64,000 nt of DNA from an uncultured bacterium (GTDB lineage Bacteria > Auribacterota > Erginobacteria > Erginobacterales > Erginobacteraceae). Of the stretch, positions 9,694-18,067 are shown one piece after another; the first letter of the stretch is position 1, and each line of letters opens with the position of its first letter. A program made the position numbers and the translations under genes. The notes under the pieces were generated by a model, which ran no database searches, was not told where the DNA came from, and was given only the letters and a program-made list of their open reading frames with translations. The stretch covers positions 1 through 64,000 of the forward strand of contig CAWGIE010000026.1 in NCBI GenBank assembly GCA_963822585.1. Direction: 5' to 3'.

Positions 9694-12600
9694 ATGAAAG
9701 CCTTGCGGCGGATCTCGATCCCGATAACCGTTTGCCTACTTATCGGCGCCACTTTCACGCGTCCCGTTCCGGCCACCGAGTATCCCGGCAGCTTCGTGGA
9801 ATGGACCAACTTCGGCACTTACACGACAGGCCTCAACGTTTCTGATACCGGGACGGTCAGCAATGTCAGCATTTTCATCAATAGCGCCCAAACCCAGCTT
9901 GGCTTCGACAACAACGCCATGCTCCTGACCTCACCGACCGGGACGACCATCTATCTCTTCGATCTCTCGGCTTATAAAATTATCGGCACCTCTCTTTATC
10001 TGACACGGTTTATCGATACCGCCCCCATCATCATCACCGAAGGCATCCCTCCCTATGCCGGTTCGTTCCGCCCGGGGGAAAGTTTCGCCAATTTCAATGG
10101 TGAGTGGATGACCGGGACCTGGACGCTGGCGGTCTATAACAACCGCCCCGGGACCGCGAACACCGGTGCCGTGACCGACTGGTCCCTGATTATCAACCAG
10201 GCCACCCCGGTTCCTACCCCCTCCCCGGTTAACCCGACCCCGTCACCCGTCCCGATCGTGTACCGGGAGTATAAGGGCACCTCGTTTTCCTGGACCGGTA
10301 CTAGTACCACGCTGAGTTATATATCTATTGTGAATCAGGGTGTTATCACGGATGTTAACGTGAACATGAACGCCACATGCACTTCCAGTCTTGATTCTCT
10401 CGGGATGTACCTCGTCTCCCCGGAGGGAACTATTGTCGGGTTGTTCAATAAACATGATCTGGAAGAATCAACTTTATATTTAACCACTTTCGATGACGCG
10501 GCGGATCAATCGATTAAAAACGGGCTCGCCCCCTACATCGGATTATACCGCCCGGTGGAGAGCCTCGCTTTATTCAACAACGAAACAATGACCGGTGAAT
10601 GGACATTGGTTGCTTATAACGACAGCGCCGGCAATGACGGCACGGTCTCCGACTGGAGCCTGGTCATCGGCAGCCGGGACTATCTGGCTACTCCGTCTCC
10701 CATTCCCACCCGCTCACCCGTGCCCACCCCTGGTCGGACCCCGACTCCGGCAGGATACAAGACGCCGTTCCCGACGCCGCAGTACTGCTATCCGGTGATA
10801 CCCCCGGAAGTTGAAGCGTCGTACTCCGGCGTTGATATTACCCAGATACCGGTCTATATCGAGGATAATTTCCCCGTCGAGAACGTCGATATCGAGGTCA
10901 GTGCCTGGTCCCAGGGTAATTGTATAACTGGATGTGACCTTACCACCAAGGCCCTTTTCATCACCGCGCCGAATAACGTCATCGTCAAACTTTTCGGCAA
11001 GCATGACCTGGAAGAGCAGGGGCTCTACCTCACCTACTTTGACGACGATGCCGAGACTTCCATTCTTAATGACATTGCGCCCTATTATGGCCCCCATCAG
11101 CCGGTCGGGCTCCTCGACAAGTTCCGAGAAGAAGGCACCTGGTCTCGAGGGACCTGGGTCCTCTCATGGTACAATGACCAGGCCGCGGACCACGGAATGA
11201 TCTCTTATTTCAGACTCTGCCTGAACCGGCCGGCACTTACGCCGTCGCCGACCAGTACGCCCACCCCGCAACCTCCTTACACTCCGACATTGACGCCTCC
11301 CGGGTATAAAACACCGTCACCCACGCCCTCACCGGTGGTGATCATCTGCAAGACTTACTCCGGATCGAGGTTCAGCTGGACCGGCGTCCAGACCGTCGTG
11401 GACACTATCACCGTCCCGGAGATCGGCACGGTGGACCATATCCTTCTTCACATTCAGGAACTCTACTGTGCGGAGGATCTTGATAATATTGGAATGTATA
11501 TCCTTTCTCCGGACGGGACCGACGTCCCCATGTTCGAGAAACACGACTTGAGTGAACATCAACTTTATCTCACCACCTTCCGGGCCGACGCTACCCAGAA
11601 GATCGATGACACCAACAATGTCGCCCCCTACATCGGCTCTTACCGCCCCGTTGGGTCCCTGGGAGATCTCAACGGTAAAGAGATAACGGGAGACTGGACA
11701 CTGGTGGTTTACAACGACGGCCCGGACAATGGGGGAAATGTGACCGGCTGGGACCTCGATATCTGTTACGCGGCCCTCGGCCCCACGCCGCCGCCGACAC
11801 CAATCCCGTCGGCGTCACCGACGTCAACACCTTATTTTACCACTCCCACCCCGATAGAGATTTGCCCGGTTTCATTCGGGGATGCCTTTACTGCGCCTGG
11901 GCAGGAAGTGACCTGGGGGCCCATCTCTGTTACCTATCCGGGATTGGTCAAGAAAATTACGATGAAAATCGACCGGTTCGATGTTACTGAGGGAGGAGAC
12001 CTTAGCAACGTTGGCATGTGGTTGATTTCTCCGGCCGAGACTGTTGTGGAGCTTTTTCCCAAGCATCAACTGTCAGAGCATTCCCTCTCCGCCACCTGGT
12101 TCGATGATTCGGCCCCGCGTGAGATCACCGAGGGACTCGGCCCCTACATTGGCAGATGGCGTCCTACCGGAAGCCTCTCTGATTTCAATGGGGAAATGAT
12201 AGCGGGGACCTGGTATCTGGTTATCTTCAATGATTTTGTCTGCGTACAGATACCCGGCAATCCACCCTGCGAAGATTGGGCGCGGATGAAAGAAAACTGG
12301 CAGCTTGTTATCTGCCCGCTGCCGACACGGACACCGACCCCCACGCCCACGGCGCCGATTCCGACCCGGACACCGACACCTGTTGGATACAAAACGCCGT
12401 CGCCGGCGCCGCCGACGCCGACCCCCGCGCTCCCGGTCTGTACTGACTATAATGGGGGCTTTTTTGCATTGAGTGATGTCGGTACGGAGCTAGATCAGAT
12501 ATCTATTTCTAGCCAAGGTGTCGTCTCCAGTGTAACAGTTCAGATTACCGCCCGCTGTTCCGGCGACCTGGATAATGTCGGCATATACCTACGCTCACCT

Positions 12601-13713
12601 GCCATGACCGATGTTCCTCTCTTTGAGAAACACGACATCTCAGAACACGCTCTTTACAAGACGATATTTATCGATGATCCAGGCTACCCTAAGATTAATG
12701 AAGCTGGCCTTGTTTCACCTTATCTGGGACATTATCGTCCGTCTTCTTACGAACGTGATGTGAATGATAATTGTAAAGGAGGCTTTTGTACGCTCAATAA
12801 TGAATCAATAACAGGAGATTGGTCCCTGGTGGTCTATAACGACCTGGCCTCCAATCTGGTGGAAATTGATGAGTGGATACTGACAATCTGCAAGGTCCCT
12901 ACTCCGTCTCCAACCCCCACCGCGTACATCCCAGCACCCACACCGCCCCCTGGAACCCCCATCCCCGTGCTTGCATCCGGGGATTATAACGGGGACGGTA
13001 CCAGCGACATCGGCATCTTCCGTCCCTCCCAGGGACTATGGGCGGTCCGGGGGGTGGGGACCTCCTTCTTCGGACAGACGGATGATCGGCCCGCCAGCGG
13101 TGACTATGATGGGGACGGAACCACCGACCTCGCCGTCTTTCGCCCGGCCTCCGGCCTCTGGGCGATCTACGATATCACCCGGACTTATTTCGGCAGGAAC
13201 GGTGATGTCACCATCCCGGGAGATTACGACGGCGACGGGCGGGCTGATATCGCCATCCTCCGGCCCGGCGCCCCCTCCCTCTGGGCAGTCAAAGGCATCA
13301 CCCGGCGCTACTTCGGGAACCAGACTGATATTGCCGTCCCCGCCGATTATGACGGTGACTGGGCGACCGATCTGGCCGTCTTCCGGCCCTCGATGGGTCT
13401 CTGGGCGGTCTATGGGGTGACCCGGGCCTATTTCGGCAATCAGACCGATCTTCCGGTCGCCCGCGACTACGATGGCGACGGAACCGCCGATATCGGGATC
13501 ATCCGCTTCGCTCCCGCCAACGCTCTCTGGGCGATCAAGGGGATCACCCGGCATTACTTCGGGAAGGCCGGAGATTACCCGATCCCCGCCGATTACCTCG
13601 GCAACGGGAGCGACTATCCCGGAATCTTCCGCCGCGCCAACGCTCTCTGGGCGATCAAGGGCGTGACCCGGGCGTATTACGGCAAGTCGGGAGATATTCC
13701 CATCGCAAGATGA
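9694..13713 (+). CDS. Secreted protein: six proprotein-convertase P-like domains, Pro/Thr linkers, C-terminal GDYNGDG repeat domain
   Basis: Six repeats of L.SP.GT...LF.KH.L.E..LY.T.F.D...PY.G.YRP...L..FN.E...G.W.L..YND; signal peptide; GGAGG RBS. Confidence 0.85.
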   Translation: MKALRRISIPITVCLLIGATFTRPVPATEYPGSFVEWTNFGTYTTGLNVSDTGTVSNVSIFINSAQTQLGFDNNAMLLTSPTGTTIYLFDLSAYKIIGTSLYLTRFIDTAPIIITEGIPPYAGSFRPGESFANFNGEWMTGTWTLAVYNNRPGTANTGAVTDWSLIINQATPVPTPSPVNPTPSPVPIVYREYKGTSFSWTGTSTTLSYISIVNQGVITDVNVNMNATCTSSLDSLGMYLVSPEGTIVGLFNKHDLEESTLYLTTFDDAADQSIKNGLAPYIGLYRPVESLALFNNETMTGEWTLVAYNDSAGNDGTVSDWSLVIGSRDYLATPSPIPTRSPVPTPGRTPTPAGYKTPFPTPQYCYPVIPPEVEASYSGVDITQIPVYIEDNFPVENVDIEVSAWSQGNCITGCDLTTKALFITAPNNVIVKLFGKHDLEEQGLYLTYFDDDAETSILNDIAPYYGPHQPVGLLDKFREEGTWSRGTWVLSWYNDQAADHGMISYFRLCLNRPALTPSPTSTPTPQPPYTPTLTPPGYKTPSPTPSPVVIICKTYSGSRFSWTGVQTVVDTITVPEIGTVDHILLHIQELYCAEDLDNIGMYILSPDGTDVPMFEKHDLSEHQLYLTTFRADATQKIDDTNNVAPYIGSYRPVGSLGDLNGKEITGDWTLVVYNDGPDNGGNVTGWDLDICYAALGPTPPPTPIPSASPTSTPYFTTPTPIEICPVSFGDAFTAPGQEVTWGPISVTYPGLVKKITMKIDRFDVTEGGDLSNVGMWLISPAETVVELFPKHQLSEHSLSATWFDDSAPREITEGLGPYIGRWRPTGSLSDFNGEMIAGTWYLVIFNDFVCVQIPGNPPCEDWARMKENWQLVICPLPTRTPTPTPTAPIPTRTPTPVGYKTPSPAPPTPTPALPVCTDYNGGFFALSDVGTELDQISISSQGVVSSVTVQITARCSGDLDNVGIYLRSPAMTDVPLFEKHDISEHALYKTIFIDDPGYPKINEAGLVSPYLGHYRPSSYERDVNDNCKGGFCTLNNESITGDWSLVVYNDLASNLVEIDEWILTICKVPTPSPTPTAYIPAPTPPPGTPIPVLASGDYNGDGTSDIGIFRPSQGLWAVRGVGTSFFGQTDDRPASGDYDGDGTTDLAVFRPASGLWAIYDITRTYFGRNGDVTIPGDYDGDGRADIAILRPGAPSLWAVKGITRRYFGNQTDIAVPADYDGDWATDLAVFRPSMGLWAVYGVTRAYFGNQTDLPVARDYDGDGTADIGIIRFAPANALWAIKGITRHYFGKAGDYPIPADYLGNGSDYPGIFRRANALWAIKGVTRAYYGKSGDIPIAR

Positions 13714-13745
13714 TAGGCGTTATCCCGATCACACGCGGATCTTTA

Positions 13746-13852
13746 TGGAGTGTTGGAGTGGTGGAATGATGGAGTAATGGGGCTCGATGCCGCAAACTTT
13801 AGGCACTCAGAACTTTAGGCACTTTAGGCACTCAGAACTTTAGTCACTTTTT
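13746..13852. repeat. Family A left arm followed by family C right arm
   Basis: tggagtgttggagtggtggaatgatggagtaatgg then aactttaggcactcagaactttaggcactttaggcactcagaactttagtcacttt. Confidence 0.85.
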
Positions 13853-13857
13853 TTACC

Positions 13858-14952
13858 ATGCGTTTCGATCAGCTTTTGCAGATGATGGAGGAGAAACTCG
13901 CCTCGGATATCTACCTGAAGGCGGGGCAGCCTCCGGTTTTTCGCGTTAACGGGGTGCTGGTTCCCCTCGCCGAGCATCCTCCCCTCACCGAGGAGGACAT
14001 GCAGGACTTCGCCCAGCATGTCCTCGATGAGAAGCAGCTGCGGATACTGGAGGTTGACCGGGAGATGGACGTTGCCTACTCCCTGGAGGGCGATCTCCGG
14101 TTTCGGGTTAACCTCTTTTTCCAGCAGGGGGCACGGGGGATCGTCTGCCGGCGGATCAAGCGGGAGATGCAGACGTTCCAGAATCTCAACCTCCCGGTGG
14201 AGGTGATGGAAAAACTCTCGTTGGAGCCCCGGGGGTTGATCCTGATCACCGGCGCCGCCGGAAGCGGCAAGTCAACCACCCTGGCGGCCATGATCAACTT
14301 CATCAACCAGCGGAAGAAAAAACACATCATCACGATCGAGGACCCGGTCGAGTTCACCTACGTGGAAGACAAGTGTATCATCAACCAGCGCGAGGTCGGC
14401 TTCGATACCCGGAGTTTCCAGGGGGCGCTCAAATACGTCATCCGGCAGGCCCCCGACGTGATCGTGATCGGGGAGATGCGCGACCTGGAGACGATGACCA
14501 GCGCTATCATGGCGGCGGAAGTCGGGCACCTGGTCATCAGCTCCCTCCATACCATCGATGTCAGCCAGACACTGGAACGGATCATCAATTTCTTCCCCGC
14601 CTTTCAACACCCGCAGATCAGGATGCAGCTCTCGTTTGTTCTCAAGGGGATTGTCGCCCAGCGATTGATCGTTCGCAAGGACGGAGAAGGACGGGTCCCC
14701 GCCTGCGAGGTGCTGATCTCCACCCCGACGGCCCGGAAACAGATCATGGATGGGAAGACGGAGGATCTTCGCAATACCATCGAGGCGGGCAAGATCGTCG
14801 GCATGCAGACTTTCAACCAGTCCATTCTGAAGCTTTACCAGGGGGGAAAAATCAGCTACGAGGAAGCGATGGAGAACTCGGACAATCCGGAACTGCTGGA
14901 ACTGGCCATTAAAGGAATATTCACCGGCGCGGACACCTTTAAGATCCATTAA
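13858..14952 (+). CDS. PilT/PilU-family pilus retraction ATPase (PilU-like)
   Basis: ASDIYL, RFRVNLF.Q, GAAGSGKSTT, TIEDPVE, RQAPDVIVIGEMRD, GHLVISSLH, GMQTFNQ; AIRNLIRE motif degenerate (TARKQIMD). Confidence 0.92.
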   Translation: MRFDQLLQMMEEKLASDIYLKAGQPPVFRVNGVLVPLAEHPPLTEEDMQDFAQHVLDEKQLRILEVDREMDVAYSLEGDLRFRVNLFFQQGARGIVCRRIKREMQTFQNLNLPVEVMEKLSLEPRGLILITGAAGSGKSTTLAAMINFINQRKKKHIITIEDPVEFTYVEDKCIINQREVGFDTRSFQGALKYVIRQAPDVIVIGEMRDLETMTSAIMAAEVGHLVISSLHTIDVSQTLERIINFFPAFQHPQIRMQLSFVLKGIVAQRLIVRKDGEGRVPACEVLISTPTARKQIMDGKTEDLRNTIEAGKIVGMQTFNQSILKLYQGGKISYEEAMENSDNPELLELAIKGIFTGADTFKIH

Positions 14953-14960
14953 AGTGCCTA

Positions 14961-15245
14961 ACCCGATTTATTCATAAATCGGGTTAGTTTTGAACAATGA
15001 CCAAGATTAAATAAACAGCTACGCTGAAAGATATTTATTTTATCAAATTATCTGGCAATGAATTACAGCCAAAGGTCCATTTCTGCCATCAACGTTAACA
15101 GGAAGGATAACATGTTGTCCTTCCGGAGAAGAAAAAGCAGAGTGCTGTAGGCGCACAAACAAGATTGCTATTTATAATACATTGAACGACAATTATTAAC
15201 CTGGATTATTCATGAAAATTTTCAATTTTCATGAATAATCCAGGT
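14961..15245. mobile_element. Putative non-autonomous MITE-like insert (285 bp) with TA target duplication
   Basis: Ends including the TA match 16/20 (taacccgatttattcataaa vs reverse complement taacctggattattcatgaa); each end is part of a perfect palindrome (14958-14987; 15196-15248); removal restores aaagtgcc-TA-aagtgagctaaagtgcc; AT-rich with no long ORF. Confidence 0.6.
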
Positions 15246-15259
15246 TAAAGTGAGCTAAA

Positions 15260-15517
15260 GTGCCAACGATTTTAATGATCCTCGGCTGGCGTGTATTTTT
15301 CTATGCCAATGAACGAAATGAGCCTATCCATGTTCATTGTCAGAAGGCTGAGTGTGAAACGAAATATTGGGTTGATGTGGAAAACTTTGATTTCATTGAA
15401 GCATTTAGTTACAACATGTCACCGCGAGATAGGAAAATAATTCGGCGGATCCTTTTTGAGCATTTTGATTATATAGTAGAACAATGGGATCAGTTTCAGA
15501 GGGGGCAATATGAATAA
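15260..15517 (+). CDS. DUF4160 family protein (putative toxin-antitoxin partner)
   Basis: MPTI..GWRVFFYANE..EPIHVH......K.W signature; GTG start inside a family C repeat. Confidence 0.85.
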   Translation: MPTILMILGWRVFFYANERNEPIHVHCQKAECETKYWVDVENFDFIEAFSYNMSPRDRKIIRRILFEHFDYIVEQWDQFQRGQYE

Positions 15518-15767
15518 AGCTCATAAAGTAGGAACAATAAAATTCAAGGATAACACGATAGTTATGCTTGTAGATGGTAAAGAATATACCGTTGAAATAT
15601 CTCACGTTTCTCTACGGCTTGCGAATGCTTCAGATAAACAGCGCCGGAACTTCGTTGTATCGCCATCTGGTTATGGAATACATTGGCCTGATATTGACGA
15701 GGATCTTTCGATTGATGGCATTTTTGGCATTAAGCACGACGCCCCTGTTCTGAATGCCGTTACATAA
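15510..15767 (+). CDS. DUF2442 family protein (putative toxin-antitoxin partner)
   Basis: RLANAS..QR.N...SPSGYGIHWPDIDEDLSIDG; overlaps the DUF4160 gene. Confidence 0.88.
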   Translation: MNKAHKVGTIKFKDNTIVMLVDGKEYTVEISHVSLRLANASDKQRRNFVVSPSGYGIHWPDIDEDLSIDGIFGIKHDAPVLNAVT

Positions 15768-15870
15768 TTTATGGGAAGTGACTCCATCCACTGAATCTAA
15801 CAACATACTATAGACTTTAGTGTGTGTTGGAGGCGTTACATTTTAATAAAATTTTTCGGAGAAAAATTTT

Positions 15871-16956
15871 ATGCATTTAAAAGAGATTCTCGAGCTCGTC
15901 GTCAATAAAAACGCCTCCGACCTGCATATTACCGTCGGGGAACCTCCCATCATCCGTATCGACGGGGACCTGATCCACACGGATTTTCCCACCCTGTCGA
16001 TCGACGATACCAAGGCTCTCATTTACGGAGTCTTGAACGACAGCCAGAAAGTTCGTTTTGAAAAAGACCTTGAACTCGACCTGTCGCTCTACATCCCCGG
16101 GATCAGCCGGTTTCGTGTTAACGTGCACATGCAGAAAGGATGTGTGGAAGCGGCCTTCCGCACCATCCCCATGGTTGTTCCCCACATTGACACCCTGGGG
16201 CTTCCCGAATCGGTCCGGACGCTGGCCCGGAAGCCGAACGGCCTCGTCCTGATCACTGGGCCCACCGGGACCGGGAAGAGCACGACCATGGCGGCGATGG
16301 TGGACATGATCAACCGGGAGCGGCGGTGCCTGATCATCAGCGCCGAAGATCCGATCGAATATCTCCACACCAACAAGGAGAGCATTATCAAGCAGAGGGA
16401 AGTGGGTTCGGACACCCACTCTTTTGCCGCCGCCCTCAAACACGTCCTCCGGCAGGATCCGGACGTGCTCCTGGTGGGGGAAATGCGGGACCTGGAGACC
16501 ATCTCGACCACGTTGACCGCCGCCGAGACGGGCCACCTGGTCATCTCCAGTCTCCACACTCCGGACGCCGCCCAGACCATCGACCGTCTGATCGACGTCT
16601 TCCCTCCCGGACAGCAGAAGCAGGTGATGGTGCAGCTGGCCGGGTGTCTTCAGGGCGTCATGGCCCAGGTTCTTCTTCCCCTCAAGGACGAAAAGGGCCG
16701 CGTGGTGGCCACCGAGACCATGATCGGTACCCCCGGGGTCAGAAACGTGATCCGCGAGCACAAGACCCATCAGATCCCCACCCTGATCCAGACCGGGACT
16801 CAGTATGGGATGCACAGCATGGATCAATCCCTGAAGGAATTGGTTCTCAGCGGGAAAGTCCGGTATAAAGATGCCGCCGGGTACGTGAAGAACCCGGACA
16901 GTTTCCGGGACATCCCGGACAGCCTGATCGATGAGGAGCTAGAAAAACCGGAGTAA
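15871..16956 (+). CDS. pilT: Type IV pilus retraction ATPase PilT
   Basis: ASDLHITVGEPP, GPTGTGKSTT, EDPIEY, LRQDPDVLLVGEMRDLET, GHLV..SLHT, GVRNVIRE (AIRNLIRE-like), GMHSMDQ. Confidence 0.95.
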   Translation: MHLKEILELVVNKNASDLHITVGEPPIIRIDGDLIHTDFPTLSIDDTKALIYGVLNDSQKVRFEKDLELDLSLYIPGISRFRVNVHMQKGCVEAAFRTIPMVVPHIDTLGLPESVRTLARKPNGLVLITGPTGTGKSTTMAAMVDMINRERRCLIISAEDPIEYLHTNKESIIKQREVGSDTHSFAAALKHVLRQDPDVLLVGEMRDLETISTTLTAAETGHLVISSLHTPDAAQTIDRLIDVFPPGQQKQVMVQLAGCLQGVMAQVLLPLKDEKGRVVATETMIGTPGVRNVIREHKTHQIPTLIQTGTQYGMHSMDQSLKELVLSGKVRYKDAAGYVKNPDSFRDIPDSLIDEELEKPE

Positions 16957-17035
16957 TGGAATGGTGAAATATCGAAGTAATGGAGTAATAAGGGACGGGT
17001 TCCAACACTCCAGTACTCCAACACTCCATCACCCC
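16950..17035. repeat. Family A hairpin supplying the pilT stop codon
   Basis: ggagtaatggaatggtgaaatatcgaagtaatggagtaat ... ccaacactccagtactccaacactccatcacccc. Confidence 0.85.
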
Positions 17036-17087
17036 GGAATGTCTCTCTGGTAGCGATAAATCGCCATCAATCGCGAGAAGACACATT

Positions 17088-17948
17088 TTGATCGTAGCTA
17101 TTGTTAACCAGAAGGGCGGTTGCGGGAAGACGACCACCGCCATCAACCTGAGCGCCTGCCTGGCGTACCGTGAGGCGCGGACACTGCTGATCGACCTCGA
17201 CCCGCAGTCCAATGCCACTCTGGGTCTCGGGATCGAGGCGGAACAGGCAAGAAGCATTCACCGGATCCTGGTTGATGACGGATACAGCGCCGCGGATGCC
17301 GTGTATCCCACCGGTGTCTATAATCTCGATCTGATCCCCGCCACCATCCTCCTTTCCGGGACCGATCTCGATCTGGCGAACACCATGGGCCGGGAGATCA
17401 TCCTCAAGAATAAAATCGCTTCTCTGCAGGGGCGGTATGATTATATAATTATCGACTGCGCCCCTTCCTTGAGCTTGTTGACGGTGAACGCGCTGGCTGC
17501 GGCCGATGAGGTGCTGATACCCACCCAGGCCCACTATTACGCCCTGGAGGGGATGAAGCTTTTATTCCAGACGATCAATATCGTAAAAAGCCGTCTCAAT
17601 TACCGGCTGGCGATCATGGGGATACTGCCGACTTTCTACGATGCCCGAACCGCCATCTGCCAGGACGTTCTCCGGGGGCTGAGAGAGTACTTCGGCTCCC
17701 GGGTTTTTCGGACGGTGATCAGGGTGAACTCGAAGCTGGCGGAAGCTCCCAGCGCCAGCGAACCGATTCACATGTACGCGCCGGGCTCGCGCGGCGCCGC
17801 GGACTATGGTGCCTTGGCCGATGAAATCCTGGAAAAGCGGGAGGGGGGACAAGAAACGAGGGATGAGGAACGCTGGACGAGGGACGAGGAACGCTGGACG
17901 AGGGACGAGGGGATGCGGGATAAATCCTCACTTCGCCGAGATGATTGA
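17088..17948 (+). CDS. parA: ParA/Soj-family ATPase (orphan; no parB in window)
   Basis: NQKGGCGKTTT, DLDPQSNAT, IIDCAPSL, LAEAPS; C-terminus extended by translated repeat. Confidence 0.92.
   Translation: MIVAIVNQKGGCGKTTTAINLSACLAYREARTLLIDLDPQSNATLGLGIEAEQARSIHRILVDDGYSAADAVYPTGVYNLDLIPATILLSGTDLDLANTMGREIILKNKIASLQGRYDYIIIDCAPSLSLLTVNALAAADEVLIPTQAHYYALEGMKLLFQTINIVKSRLNYRLAIMGILPTFYDARTAICQDVLRGLREYFGSRVFRTVIRVNSKLAEAPSASEPIHMYAPGSRGAADYGALADEILEKREGGQETRDEERWTRDEERWTRDEGMRDKSSLRRDD
17847..17920 (+). repeat. Family H 7-mer (GGACGAG) array in the ParA C-terminus
   Basis: ggacaagaaacgagggatgaggaacgctggacgagggacgaggaacgctggacgagggacgagg; translates as TRDEERW repeats. Confidence 0.85.
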
Positions 17949-18067
17949 GCGGTTAAAATTACCGTTGCGGCCTGGAATGTTGGATCCGAACTAATTTTGT
18001 AATCTTCATCAGTTGGAATTAAATTTATAAATATGTTCATTACTTAAATTTTCCAGGGGAAAATTTA

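Noticed and set aside
13858..14952. PilB/GspE extension ATPase
   Set aside because: Too short, with no N-terminal domains or Zn-binding tetracysteine motif; it is PilT/PilU-type
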